Counted from the first letter of the stretch, positions 39,202 to 49,715 are shown. The stretch: DNA of 64,000 nt from an uncultured Gemmatimonadales bacterium (GCA_963771275.1 CAVYSW010000003.1:1376001-1440000), one strand, 5' to 3'. Notes: generated by a model from the sequence alone, not told the origin. Translations and numbers: made by a program.

Positions 39202-39966
39202 GTGAGACGATCCGTCCCACTCGCCATGGCGCTGCTGCTCCCGGCGGTGCCGGCCCGCGCACAGGACACGTTTGAGATCCAGGTCTACGAGTACGCGACG
39301 GTCCCCGCGGGACGGTGGGATCTCGAGACGCATCTCAACTATGTGGTGAGAGGGACCACCGCGGCTGCGGGCGCTGTGGCGCCCACCGAGCACCAGACGC
39401 ATCTCACGTTCGAGCTGACGCGCGGCATCACGCCGATCTTCGAGCTGGCCGGCTATCTCGTGCTGGCACACCGGCCGGGCGAAGGCGCGGAGTTCGCCGG
39501 CTGGCGGGTGCGCCCGCGGATCCGGGCGCCCGAGCGCTGGCACCTTCCCGTGCTGCTCAGCCTGAGTCTCGAAGTGGGGTTTCCGCGCCCGGCCTACGAG
39601 GAGAGCTCCGCGACCCTCGAGGTCCGCCCGGTCATCGAGCGGGCGTTCGGGCCGGTACAGATCGACCTCAACCCCGTGCTGGGTCGCGCGCTGAAGGGGC
39701 CTGCGTCCGGCGACGGATGGGATTTCGAGCCCGGCGTACGGCTGGCCCTGGGCGTGCGGCACTGGCTCGACCTGAGCGTCGAGTACTACGGCGGTCTCGG
39801 GCCGATCACGGACTTCCTGCCGGCGGACCAGCAGGTGCACCAGTTCTTCTTCGGTGGCGACCTCGGCCTGAGCGATGCCATCGTGTGGAACGTGGGCGTG
39901 GGGGTCGGCGCGACCGACGCGGGCGACCGGACCGTGCTCAAGACCAGGCTGGGCTGGATCTTCTGA
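39202..39966 (+). CDS. Putative outer-membrane beta-barrel protein
   Basis: AAGGAG RBS, signal peptide, FEIQVY N-terminus, alternating beta strands, C-terminal Phe. Confidence 0.7.
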   Translation: MRRSVPLAMALLLPAVPARAQDTFEIQVYEYATVPAGRWDLETHLNYVVRGTTAAAGAVAPTEHQTHLTFELTRGITPIFELAGYLVLAHRPGEGAEFAGWRVRPRIRAPERWHLPVLLSLSLEVGFPRPAYEESSATLEVRPVIERAFGPVQIDLNPVLGRALKGPASGDGWDFEPGVRLALGVRHWLDLSVEYYGGLGPITDFLPADQQVHQFFFGGDLGLSDAIVWNVGVGVGATDAGDRTVLKTRLGWIF

Positions 39967-39975
39967 AAGACCGCC

Positions 39976-40641
39976 ATGGCTAGAGACCCACACCGGGACC
40001 AACCGATTCTCCGCTCGGGCCCCCCGCTCGACGAAGCGGCGGGGCTCATGATCATGGCGCACGGACGGGGCGGGTCCCCACGCGACATGCTGGCACTGTC
40101 GCTCGAGCTCGATCGCCCGCGGCTCGCCTGCCTGGCGCCCACCGCCGCGGGAGGAAGCTGGTATCCCTACAGCTTCCTCGAGCCGATCGAGCGGAACGCG
40201 GGGCCGCTCAACTCCGCCCTGCGGCTACTCCAGACCGCGCTGGACAAGGCCGGGGCCGCGGGATTCCCGGCCGAGCGCGTCGTGCTGCTCGGGTTCTCGC
40301 AAGGCGCCTGCCTGGTCCTCGAGTTCGCCGCGCGCAACGTGCGCCGCTTCGGCGGCATCGTCGGACTCTCGGGCGGACTGATCGGGCCCGAGGGAACCCC
40401 ACGCGATTACCTCGGCTCGTTCGGCGGGACCCCGGTGTTCCTCGGCTGCGGCGATGTGGACCCGCACGTTCCCAAACGCCGGGTGGACGAGACGGCGGGC
40501 GTGTTCGAGCGGCTAGGCGCCGTGGTGACGAAGCGGATCTACCAGGGGATGGGCCACACCGTGAGCCCGGACGAGATCGAGGCCGTGCGAGGTTTGCTGG
40601 ATCGCTTCCTCGCGTCGGCCGGCCCGACCGCACTGGCCTAG
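39976..40641 (+). CDS. Alpha/beta hydrolase (phospholipase/carboxylesterase)
   Basis: HGRGG, GFSQG, DPHVP, GMGH triad motifs. Confidence 0.92.
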   Translation: MARDPHRDQPILRSGPPLDEAAGLMIMAHGRGGSPRDMLALSLELDRPRLACLAPTAAGGSWYPYSFLEPIERNAGPLNSALRLLQTALDKAGAAGFPAERVVLLGFSQGACLVLEFAARNVRRFGGIVGLSGGLIGPEGTPRDYLGSFGGTPVFLGCGDVDPHVPKRRVDETAGVFERLGAVVTKRIYQGMGHTVSPDEIEAVRGLLDRFLASAGPTALA

Positions 40642-40683
40642 CGACGCGGCCGGACGCCACTCGGCATCCGGCCGCTGAGGACG

Positions 40684-40711
40684 CTCTGCACAAGTCGCGA
40701 CTTGTGCAGAG
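40684..40711. repeat. Perfect 28-bp palindrome between convergent genes
   Basis: CTCTGCACAAGTCG|CGACTTGTGCAGAG with no loop. Confidence 0.85.
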
Positions 40712-40744
40712 GCTCCTTACCCCCCGGTCGCGGCCGGGATCGCG

Positions 40745-43336
40745 CTACTTGATCTCCGCGTTCTCCCGGTAGTAGTCGCCGATCAGGTGCTCGGCAAAGT
40801 ACTCCATCAGCATGTGCGTGAAGTACGGCTGGTAGTCGCCGTACGAGTGCGGCTTCCCCGGCATCAGCATGAAGTCGAAGCGCTTGTTCGCCTTGATCAG
40901 CGCGTTCACCAGGCGGATCGTGTTGCCGGGGTGCACGTTGTTGTCCATGTCGCCCGTCACCAGCAGCAGCGAGCCCTTCAGGTTCGCCGCCAGCTCGATA
41001 TTGGTCGGCACGTGAATCTCGAACTTGACGCTGTCCTGCTCCTCGAGCTGCTCCTCCGTCTCGGCGGGACCGCGGTCCGCCGCCACCCGCCGGGTGCGCG
41101 CGGTGCTGTCCACCTTGGGCGACGCGACCTTGAGGCCGTGGTACTGCTCGCTCCAGTTCTGGTTGTAGATGTTGTTGTCGTGGTTGCCCGACGACGACAC
41201 ACCCACCTTGAAGAAGTCGTTGTACGGCGGCAGCAGCATCGCCGCGCCCGTGAGGAAGCCGCCACCGGAGTGGCCGTAGATGCCCACGCGCTCGATGTCG
41301 ATCCACGGATGCTGCGCGGCCAGCTGCTCGATGCCGGCCTTCTTGTCGGCCAGGGCATAGTCGCGGAGGTTGAAGTAGCTGAAGTTCTGGTACGCGTTGG
41401 ACCGCAGCGGGCTGCCTCCCCGGTTCCCGATCTGAATGACGATGATGCCCAGCTGCGCCAGCTGCTGCGGCACTCCGCCCGCGTTGAACGCCGTGATCAC
41501 CGACTCGGTCTGCGGGCCGGGATAGACGTTGGCGACGATCGGATACTTCCGGGTGGAGTCGAAGTCGAATGGCTTCCACATGTTGCCGTAGATGTCGGTG
41601 ACGCCGTCCGCCGCCTTCACGACGAAGGTCTCCGCCGGCTTCCAGCCGAGGGCCTTGAGGTCGGTGAGGTCCATGTCCTCGAGGTCCATCACCACGCGGC
41701 CCGCCACGTCGCGCACGACCGCCTTGGGCGCGGCGTCCACGCGCGAGTAGTTGTCGACGAAGTACTTCTTGGTAGGTGACAGCGTGGGCGAGTGATTGAA
41801 GTCCCCCGGGTCCACCAGGGCAAACCCGCTCCCGTCCGCATTCATGCGGTATGTGTGCCGGTAGTACACGTTCTCACCCGGCTCACGGCCCACGCCGCTG
41901 ACCCAGAGCGTGCCGCCCAGCGTGTCGACCTCGACCAGGTTGTCGGCCCGCCAGGCGCCGGACGTGAGTGCGCGCTTGAAGTGCCCGGTGTAGTCGTACA
42001 GGTAGTAGGCGCCCCAGCCGGACCGTTCCGACCACCAGACGATGTCGCCGCCGGTCTTGGTGTAGCGCGGCGCCTGGCTCTCGAGGTTGGCGTTCTCCAC
42101 CGACTCCGTGATCAACGGCGTGATCGCGCCGTTTGCCAGATCGATCTCGATGAACTCGAGGTTCCGCTGCAACCGGTCCCGGCGGACCAGCCGGAGCCTG
42201 TCCGAGCCCGTCGTCCAGTGGATGTACATCAGCCGCTGGTCCTTCCACTTCTTGACGTTCACCGGCGTCAGCGCCTTGTCGCCGCGCTTGTAGGTGAACA
42301 GCTCGGCCTGCGGCACGTTCGCCTCGCCCGGCATCGAGTAGCCGTACTCGACCATGACGGGGCGCGGGTCGGCCAGCACGTTCACCAGATACAGCTCCTT
42401 CACCTTGCGGGAGTCGTTGCGGGTGACGTAAAACGCCTTGGAGTCGGGTGACCAGGTGACGTTGGCGCGGACCCGTGCGTCGCGGCCGCCAGCCTCGTCG
42501 CCCTCTTCCTCCTGCTGCTGCTCCTCGTCCTGCTGCCGGCGCTGCTGGAGCTGCTGCAGCTGGCGGCGGTTCTCGGTCGTGTCGCGGAAGCCGAAGCTGT
42601 AGTTCAGCTCGCCGTCCGTGGAGAGCTGGAGGGTGTCGGGCTTGCCGACCTCGACGAGGTACAGGTTGTGGTCGCGCGCGAACGCGAACGCCGTGCTGTC
42701 GGGCGAGAAGTTGCGGAAGTCGCGGCCCGGAACGGCGCCGAACCCGAACCCGCCCCCGCCCCCGCGGCCGCCGAACAGCTGGCGCCCCTCCTCACGCTCC
42801 TCGTCATCCGGTAGACGGCCGCCGCGGGGTGGCCGGCCGAGGCTCTTGATCGCCTCGCCGGCGAGGTTCCACTCGTAGCGGACCGTGTCGACCGTGAAGC
42901 GGATCGCCTTGTGGTCCTTGGTGAAGTTGAAGGTGTTGAACGGCAAGGCGTTGGGATCGTAGGGCTTGTGGTGGGCCACGGCCAAGGCGGCGGCCAGCTT
43001 CACGTGATCGAACAGCGGCTTCCTGACCCTGGCGGGCGGGAACACGACGTAGAACGTGGTGCCGTCGCGATCGCGCCACTGATACCACAGCGAATCGGTC
43101 TTTCCGATGTAGTGCGGCAGCACGGCGGTGCTGTGCGTCGCGCGTCGGATGGCCTCCGTGCCGAACTTGTTGGCCAGCTCCCAGTTGGCCCGGTTGATGT
43201 GCACCGGGACGGCGGTCTGGGCGCGGGCGGGGCCGGTGAGACCCAGCAGCAGCACGGCGCCGAGCAGCGCGCGCGGCATGGGGTGGCGGCCGGCGAGCGG
43301 CGACCGGCCGAGACTCCGGAACGCGAAACGGGACAT
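40745..43336 (-). CDS. S9 family peptidase (DPP IV-like)
   Basis: Signal peptide (start may be 43279), YPGPQ, GHSGGG, GDMDNNVHP, KPHSY. Confidence 0.93.
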   Translation of the reverse strand: MSRFAFRSLGRSPLAGRHPMPRALLGAVLLLGLTGPARAQTAVPVHINRANWELANKFGTEAIRRATHSTAVLPHYIGKTDSLWYQWRDRDGTTFYVVFPPARVRKPLFDHVKLAAALAVAHHKPYDPNALPFNTFNFTKDHKAIRFTVDTVRYEWNLAGEAIKSLGRPPRGGRLPDDEEREEGRQLFGGRGGGGGFGFGAVPGRDFRNFSPDSTAFAFARDHNLYLVEVGKPDTLQLSTDGELNYSFGFRDTTENRRQLQQLQQRRQQDEEQQQEEEGDEAGGRDARVRANVTWSPDSKAFYVTRNDSRKVKELYLVNVLADPRPVMVEYGYSMPGEANVPQAELFTYKRGDKALTPVNVKKWKDQRLMYIHWTTGSDRLRLVRRDRLQRNLEFIEIDLANGAITPLITESVENANLESQAPRYTKTGGDIVWWSERSGWGAYYLYDYTGHFKRALTSGAWRADNLVEVDTLGGTLWVSGVGREPGENVYYRHTYRMNADGSGFALVDPGDFNHSPTLSPTKKYFVDNYSRVDAAPKAVVRDVAGRVVMDLEDMDLTDLKALGWKPAETFVVKAADGVTDIYGNMWKPFDFDSTRKYPIVANVYPGPQTESVITAFNAGGVPQQLAQLGIIVIQIGNRGGSPLRSNAYQNFSYFNLRDYALADKKAGIEQLAAQHPWIDIERVGIYGHSGGGFLTGAAMLLPPYNDFFKVGVSSSGNHDNNIYNQNWSEQYHGLKVASPKVDSTARTRRVAADRGPAETEEQLEEQDSVKFEIHVPTNIELAANLKGSLLLVTGDMDNNVHPGNTIRLVNALIKANKRFDFMLMPGKPHSYGDYQPYFTHMLMEYFAEHLIGDYYRENAEIK

Positions 43337-43549
43337 AGATGGACTCTCCGTGGATGGGCAACGTCGCGGTCACCGCCCGCGACTCGATCGAACCGGGGGC
43401 GGCTCGGTGTTACCTACGCATCCGGTCGCCCGGTCGTTGACCGGCGGGCCGCCGGACGCGGCCCGTAGCCATGCCGCGGCACAGGCTCTATACTCGAATC
43501 GTCCGCCACAGGCCGAAACCCTCAACGTCGTCCCCCCGACCAGCCGAGG

Positions 43550-46396
43550 ATGCCAATCATGCTGCGGAAGACCTCGCGCGTGCTCGCCCTGCTCGTCGTC
43601 GTCGTGCTCGCCGTGCCCCACCTGGCGGCGCAAACCCGGCTCACCACGCCGAAGGAGTTCCTCGGGTTCGCCTTCGGGGACGACTACCAGCTCGCGAGCT
43701 ACCGGCAGCTCTCGGCCTACTGGCAGCAGCTCGCCCGGGAATCCGACCGGATGGTCCTCGAGGAGATCGGCAAGACGGCCGAGGGCCGCACCATGCTGAT
43801 GGCGGTGGTGTCGTCGCCCGAAAACCTCCGGCGGCTGGACCACTGGCGGGAGATCTCACGCCGCCTGGCGCTGGCGGGGAGTCTGACGGACGACGAGGCG
43901 CGTGCGCTCGCCAAGGAGGGCCGGGCCGTCGTGTGGATTGACGGCGGGCTGCACGCCACCGAGGTGCTGGGCTCGCAGCAGCTCGGCGAGATGATCTGGC
44001 AGATGGTGAGCCAGAACGACGACGAGACGCGGCGCATTCTCGACAACGTCGTCATCCTCTTCGTGCACGCCAACCCGGACGGCAACGACCTCGTGGCCGA
44101 CTGGTACAACCGGAACCCGGTGCCCGAGCAGCGCAGCTACGCGCCCGGCCTGCCGCGGCTTTACCAGAAGTACATCGGCCACGACGACAATCGTGATTTC
44201 TATGCCTCGACGCAGGCCGAGACCGAGGCGATGAGCCGGGTGATGTACCACGAGTGGTTCCCCCAGATCGTCTACAACCACCACCAGACCGGCCCCGCGG
44301 GAACCGTGATGTTCGCGCCGCCGTTCCGCGACCCGTTCAACTACAACTTCGACCCCCTCCTGGTCGTGGAGCTGGACCTGGTGGCGGCGGCGATGCACAC
44401 GCGGTTCGAGGCGGAGGGAAAGCCGGGCGTCACCATGCGGACCGGCTCCAGCTACTCGACCTGGTGGAATGGCGGGCTCCGTACCACGGCGTATTTCCAC
44501 AACATGATCGGGATCCTGACTGAGACGATCGGCAACCCGACGCCGGTCCAGATCCCCTACACCCCCCGTCAGGTGCTGCCGCGCGCCGATCTGCCGTACC
44601 CGATCCAGCCGCAGGAATGGCATTTCCGCCAGTCGATCGACTACGCGGTCACGGCCGACCGCGCGATCCTCGATCTCGCGGCGCGCAACCGCGAGACCTT
44701 CTTGTTCAGCATCTACCGGATGGGGAAGAACTCGATCGAGCGCGGCAGCCGCGACTCGTGGACGATCACCGGGAAGCGCGTGGCCCTGGCGAACGCGGAG
44801 TACCAGCAGCACCAGCCGGCGGGCCGTGGTGCTGGTGGTCCCGGCGGTTTCGGCGGCGGCAGGCCCGCCGAGCGCGCCCCGGGAGACACGACCGCCCCGT
44901 TCGACCCGTACGCCGCCGTGCTGCACGCGCCCGACGCGCGCGACGCGCGGGCGTACATCATCCCGTCCGACCAGCCGGACTTCCTCACGGCAATCAAGTT
45001 CATCGACGCGCTGCGGGAAGTGAACGTCGCCGTTCATCGGGCGAGGGCGCCGTTCACGGCGGGCGGCAAGACGTATCCGGCGGGCTCGTTCGTGGTGTTC
45101 ACCGCGCAGGCGTTCCGCCCGCACGTGCTCGACATGTTCGAGCCGCAGGACCACCCCGACGACTTTCCCTACCCGGGCGCCCCGCCCACCCCGCCGTACG
45201 ACAACGCGGGCTGGACGCTGGCGTTCCAGATGGGCGTCCAGTTCGACCGGCTTTTCGAGGGGTTCACCGGGCCGTTCGAGCAGGTGACCGACTGGAACGT
45301 GAAGCCGCCGGCGGGGACCGTGACGACGGTGACGCGCCCGGCCGGGTACTTCACGAGCCACCGGGTGAACGACGCGTTTCAGGCGGTGAACACGCTGCTG
45401 GGCAGCGGCGAGGCGGTGTACTGGCTCACCGCGCCGGTCACGGTGGGTGGAAGGCAGTATCCGGCGGGGACGTTCTACGTGCCCGCCAAAGCCTCGACTA
45501 GGGCGAAGCTCGAGGCGATTGCCGGCAAGGTCGGCGTGAGCTTTGATGCCGCTGCGGCCAGGCCCGCCGCCTCCGCGCTCAAACTCAAGCCCCCGCGCAT
45601 CGGGCTGGTGGACGTGTACGGCGGCTCAATGACCTCGGGCTGGACTCGCTGGATCTTCGAGCAGTTCGGGTTCCCGTACGAGGTCACGTTCCCGCCGCGG
45701 ATCGACCGGGGCAACCTCAACGCGAAGTACGATGTCCTCGTGTTCCCGAACGGCGTGCTGCCGGACCCGAGCCAGCCGTCGCGGGGCCGGCGCGGCGAGC
45801 CGACCTACAGCGCCGCGGCGAACGACTCGATCGAGGCGTCGCTGCCGCCGGAGTACCGCGACGAGCGCGGGCGCGTGACGGCCGAGCAGACGCTGGCCGC
45901 GATCAAGCAGTTCGTGGAGAACGGCGGCACCGTGATCGCGATCGGCGGGTCGGCCCCAGCGCTGGCGTCGTACCTCGGCCTCCCGGTGGGCAACCATCTC
46001 CTGGAGAACGGGGAGGCGCTGCCGCGCACCAAGTTCTTCATCCCGGGCTCGCTGCTCCGTGCGGCGGTCGATACCGCCGAGCCGCTGGCGGCGGGGATGC
46101 CCGCGCAGGTGGACGTCTTCTTCGACAACAGCCCGGTGTTCTCCTTGGCGCCCGACGCCGCGGCCCGTGGCGTGAAGCGCGTTGCCTGGTACGGCGGGAC
46201 GACGCCCCTGCGGAGCGGCTGGGCCTGGGGCCAACAGTATCTCGACGGTGGGGCCGCCGCGGTGCAGGCGACGGTGGGGAAGGGGAAGGTGTTCCTGTTC
46301 GGGCCGGAGATCCTCGAGCGGGCCCAGCCGCACGGCACGTTCAAGTTCTTCTTCAACGCGATCTACTACGGGACGGCGGTGCCGGGGAAGCCGTAG
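43550..46396 (+). CDS. M14 zinc carboxypeptidase family protein
   Basis: Signal peptide, GGLHATE (HxxE), NPDG, DDNRD, NHHQ; C-terminal GATase-like domain. Confidence 0.9.
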   Translation: MPIMLRKTSRVLALLVVVVLAVPHLAAQTRLTTPKEFLGFAFGDDYQLASYRQLSAYWQQLARESDRMVLEEIGKTAEGRTMLMAVVSSPENLRRLDHWREISRRLALAGSLTDDEARALAKEGRAVVWIDGGLHATEVLGSQQLGEMIWQMVSQNDDETRRILDNVVILFVHANPDGNDLVADWYNRNPVPEQRSYAPGLPRLYQKYIGHDDNRDFYASTQAETEAMSRVMYHEWFPQIVYNHHQTGPAGTVMFAPPFRDPFNYNFDPLLVVELDLVAAAMHTRFEAEGKPGVTMRTGSSYSTWWNGGLRTTAYFHNMIGILTETIGNPTPVQIPYTPRQVLPRADLPYPIQPQEWHFRQSIDYAVTADRAILDLAARNRETFLFSIYRMGKNSIERGSRDSWTITGKRVALANAEYQQHQPAGRGAGGPGGFGGGRPAERAPGDTTAPFDPYAAVLHAPDARDARAYIIPSDQPDFLTAIKFIDALREVNVAVHRARAPFTAGGKTYPAGSFVVFTAQAFRPHVLDMFEPQDHPDDFPYPGAPPTPPYDNAGWTLAFQMGVQFDRLFEGFTGPFEQVTDWNVKPPAGTVTTVTRPAGYFTSHRVNDAFQAVNTLLGSGEAVYWLTAPVTVGGRQYPAGTFYVPAKASTRAKLEAIAGKVGVSFDAAAARPAASALKLKPPRIGLVDVYGGSMTSGWTRWIFEQFGFPYEVTFPPRIDRGNLNAKYDVLVFPNGVLPDPSQPSRGRRGEPTYSAAANDSIEASLPPEYRDERGRVTAEQTLAAIKQFVENGGTVIAIGGSAPALASYLGLPVGNHLLENGEALPRTKFFIPGSLLRAAVDTAEPLAAGMPAQVDVFFDNSPVFSLAPDAAARGVKRVAWYGGTTPLRSGWAWGQQYLDGGAAAVQATVGKGKVFLFGPEILERAQPHGTFKFFFNAIYYGTAVPGKP

Positions 46397-46475
46397 CGCC
46401 GTTCCTTGACGGGAATCCGCGGGCCGGCATCGGAGCCGACCGGCCCCCTCGTTCTGGGCGCTAGGTGCGGGCTAA

Positions 46476-46533
46476 TAGGAGGCCGCTGAAGCGGCTACTC
46501 GGCGCGTGCTGTCGCCAAGGCGACCGGGCGCGT
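46476..46533. repeat. Structured intergenic element, copy B
   Basis: TAGGAG-GCCGC-tgaa-GCGGC-TACTCGGCGCG...GTCGC-caag-GCGAC-CGGG; homologous to 38780-38841. Confidence 0.65.
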
Positions 46534-46589
46534 CGCGGGGACGTCCGCTTCCTGGCGTCGCGGGCAGGGGCTTTCTACCTTCAGAGGCC

Positions 46590-49500
46590 ATGAGCGACCT
46601 CCAGGACCGCATCCAGCAGGCGGTCGGCAACACCTATCACATCGAGCGGGAGCTGGGCGGTGGCGGGATGAGCCGCGTGTTCCTGGCCGACGAAGTGGCG
46701 CTCGAGCGCCAAGTCGTGATCAAGGTGCTGCCGCCCGAGATGGCGGCGGGGGTGAGCGCCGACCGCTTCCGCCGCGAGATCCTGCTCGCCGCGCGGCTCC
46801 AGCACCCGCACATCGTGCCGCTGCTCACCGCCGGCTCGGCCGGCGATCTGCTGTACTACGTCATGCCGTTCATCAAGGGCGAGTCACTGCGGGCCCGGCT
46901 CGGGCGCGAGGGCGAGCTGCCGCTCGGCGACACCGTCCGGATTCTGCGGGACGTGGCCGACGCGCTGGCGTTCGCGCACGGCGAGGGCGTGGTGCACCGC
47001 GACATCAAGCCGGACAACGTGCTGTTGGCGGGCGGCCACGCGCTGGTCACCGACTTCGGCGTGGCCAAGGCGGTGGCGTCGTCCGCCCCGCTCACGTCGC
47101 TCGGCGTGGCGCTGGGGACGCCCGCCTACATGGCGCCCGAGCAGGCCGTGGCCAGCCCGCAGGTGGACCACCGGGCGGACATCTACGCGCTGGGGGTCAT
47201 GGCGTACGAGATGCTCACCGGGGAGCCGCCGTTCACCGGGCCCAACCTCCAAGCGGTGCTGTCGGCGCACGTGATGGACGAGCCGGAGCCGGTGACGAAG
47301 CACCGCGCGACAGTCCCGCCGGCGATGGCCCAGGTGGTGATGCGCTGTCTCGCCAAGAAAGCTGCGGACCGGTTCCAGCGGGCGGACGAGCTGATCCCGC
47401 TGTTCGACGGCGTCCTCACGCCGAGCGGCGGCGTCACGCCGACTGGCTCCCAGCCGGTGCCCGTGGCGGACGACGTCGCCCAGGCCCGACGTGCCCACCC
47501 GCTGCGGCTCGGCGCGATGTTCGCGGTCGGCGCGCTCGCAGTGGCCGCCGCGGCGTACGGTATCGTGCGGCTCGCCGGCCTCCCCGACTGGGTGTTGCTC
47601 GGCACGCTGGGCCTCCTCGCGCTGGGAGTCCCCATCCTGCTCCTCACCGGCTACTTCGAGCGGCGGCGGGCACGGGCACAGGCGACGGGCGAACATCCCG
47701 TGACGCCCCCGGGCGTGAAACGGCTGTTCACGTGGCGTCGGGCCATCATGGGTGGGGGATTGGCATTCGCTGGGCTCACGGTCGTGGCCGGGGCGTTCAT
47801 GGCGATGCGTGCGTTCGGCATCGGCCCCGCCGCGACGCTGCTGTCGTCCGGCCGGCTCGCCGAGCGCGCGCGGTTGATCGTTGCCGATTTCGCGAACCAC
47901 ACGGCGGACTCGACGCTCGGGCGCTCGCTCGCGGAAGCGCTTCGCATCGACCTGTCGCAGTCACCGGTGATCCGCGTGATGGCGCCGGACGAGATCGGCC
48001 GGGTGCTCGCCCGCATGGAGCGGCCGGAGAGCACGCGGGTGACGTCCTCGGTCGCGCGTGAGGTCGCGGAGCGGGAGGGTGTGCCGGCGATCATCGAGGG
48101 GGAGATCGGCACGGTGGGTGGAGGCTACGTGCTCTCGGCCCGCGTCGTGGGCAGCACGGACGGGGCGGAGCTGCTGGCGGCGCGGGAGACGGCGGCCGAC
48201 GAGACGGAGATCCTCCCGGCGCTCGCGCGGCTCTCGACCCACGTGCGTGAGCGGATCGGGGAATCGTACCGGTCGCTTCGGGCAACGAAGCCGCTCGAGG
48301 ATGTCACGACGCCATCGCTGGAGGCGCTCCGGCTCTACACCCGTGGGGGCGAGGCCGCGCGCAGCGGCGACTTCCCGCAGGCGATCGACCTCCTCCAGCA
48401 GGCGGTGACGGTGGACACCGGGTTCGCCACGGCGTATCGCGCACTGGCGGTGACGCTGAGCAACCGGTTCCGCAGCTCCGTGAGCCGTCAGGTGGCGGCG
48501 GCGACCGCGGCCTTCCGCCACCGCGACCGGCTCCCACCCGTCGAGCGCTATCTGGCCGAAGCGTACTACTACCAAAGCGTGGAGTACGACCCCCAACGTC
48601 TCGTGACGGCCTACCGCGCAGTCCTCGCCATCGATCCGGATCAGTCCACGGCGCTCAACAACCTGGCGAACGAGTACGTGGCCGAGCGGCAGTGGGCACA
48701 AGCGGAATCGCTGTTCCAGCGCGCCATCGTCGTGTCGGATAGCGGAGTGTGGCAGCCGCTCACCAACCTGGCCGAGACGAAGTATGCCCAGGGACACGCG
48801 GATGAGGCGCGCCACGTGCTTCGCTTGACGCAGCGCAAGTTCCCGACGCTTCTCCCGGGGTTCGGGTTCGAGATTGCACTCGAGTATGCCGAAGGGAAGT
48901 ACGACACGGCGATCATGCTCCGCCGCGCGATCGCGCAGCGTTTCCCGGGCGCCCCGGGGCGGGCGGGGGACTTCCAAGTGGCCGCGGCCCTGACGGTCCA
49001 GGGGCGTCTCATGGAAGCCGACGCGGTGCGGGCCCGGCGCGAGCGGCTCGAAGCCGAGGCGGGGGACTCGGCCAGGGCCCTGCACCTGGCTCTCGAGCCG
49101 GCAGAGGTGGAGATCCGCGTCAGGGGACGCCCGGACTCGGGCCTCCGCCTGGTCGCGGCCGCGCTCGAGCGCTACTCCCTCGAGCGCATCGCGCCCGCGG
49201 ACCGGCCGTGGGCTTTTCTCATCGATCTCTACATGCTCGGCGACCGGCCCCGGCAGGCGCGGGCGCTCCTTACCCGCTGGGAGCGCGAAGTGCCTGCAGC
49301 CCAGCGAAGGGGACCGCCGTACGACGGCGCGCTCGGCAGCGTCGCGCTCGCCGAGGGCCGCCCCGCCGAAGCGAGGTCTGACTTCGAGCGAGCGCTCGCG
49401 TACGCAGGCTGCAATGCCTGCTATCAGGACCTGATTGGGCGAGCCTGGGACGTGGAGGGCAAACCGGATTCGGCGCTCGCGGCCTATGACCGGTTCTTGG

Positions 49501-49715
49501 ACGAGCCTGAAATGTTCCGGGCCGAATGGGAGCCTGCGATCCGGGCCGGCATTCTGCTCCGGGCCGGGGAGCTGAACGAGCAGTTGGGTCGGCGGGAGCA
49601 GGCCGCCGCGCGGTACTCCGCGCTGGCGGACCTCTGGAAGAACGCCGATCCCGACCTCCAACCCGTCGTCCGCGACGCGAAGGCGCGATTGGCACGACTG
49701 GTGGGCGAACGGTAG
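46590..49715 (+). CDS. Hanks-type Ser/Thr protein kinase with TM segments, TolB-N/FlgO-like and TPR domains
   Basis: Start MSDLQDRIQ; LGGGGMSRV, HRDIKPDN, DFG, GTPAYMAPEQ; three TM helices; TPR-like C-half. Confidence 0.93.
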   Translation: MSDLQDRIQQAVGNTYHIERELGGGGMSRVFLADEVALERQVVIKVLPPEMAAGVSADRFRREILLAARLQHPHIVPLLTAGSAGDLLYYVMPFIKGESLRARLGREGELPLGDTVRILRDVADALAFAHGEGVVHRDIKPDNVLLAGGHALVTDFGVAKAVASSAPLTSLGVALGTPAYMAPEQAVASPQVDHRADIYALGVMAYEMLTGEPPFTGPNLQAVLSAHVMDEPEPVTKHRATVPPAMAQVVMRCLAKKAADRFQRADELIPLFDGVLTPSGGVTPTGSQPVPVADDVAQARRAHPLRLGAMFAVGALAVAAAAYGIVRLAGLPDWVLLGTLGLLALGVPILLLTGYFERRRARAQATGEHPVTPPGVKRLFTWRRAIMGGGLAFAGLTVVAGAFMAMRAFGIGPAATLLSSGRLAERARLIVADFANHTADSTLGRSLAEALRIDLSQSPVIRVMAPDEIGRVLARMERPESTRVTSSVAREVAEREGVPAIIEGEIGTVGGGYVLSARVVGSTDGAELLAARETAADETEILPALARLSTHVRERIGESYRSLRATKPLEDVTTPSLEALRLYTRGGEAARSGDFPQAIDLLQQAVTVDTGFATAYRALAVTLSNRFRSSVSRQVAAATAAFRHRDRLPPVERYLAEAYYYQSVEYDPQRLVTAYRAVLAIDPDQSTALNNLANEYVAERQWAQAESLFQRAIVVSDSGVWQPLTNLAETKYAQGHADEARHVLRLTQRKFPTLLPGFGFEIALEYAEGKYDTAIMLRRAIAQRFPGAPGRAGDFQVAAALTVQGRLMEADAVRARRERLEAEAGDSARALHLALEPAEVEIRVRGRPDSGLRLVAAALERYSLERIAPADRPWAFLIDLYMLGDRPRQARALLTRWEREVPAAQRRGPPYDGALGSVALAEGRPAEARSDFERALAYAGCNACYQDLIGRAWDVEGKPDSALAAYDRFLDEPEMFRAEWEPAIRAGILLRAGELNEQLGRREQAAARYSALADLWKNADPDLQPVVRDAKARLARLVGER

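Noticed and set aside
39106..40062. Long N-terminal extension of the DUF2277 ORF
   Set aside because: Antisense to the beta-barrel gene; the family signature starts at 39105.
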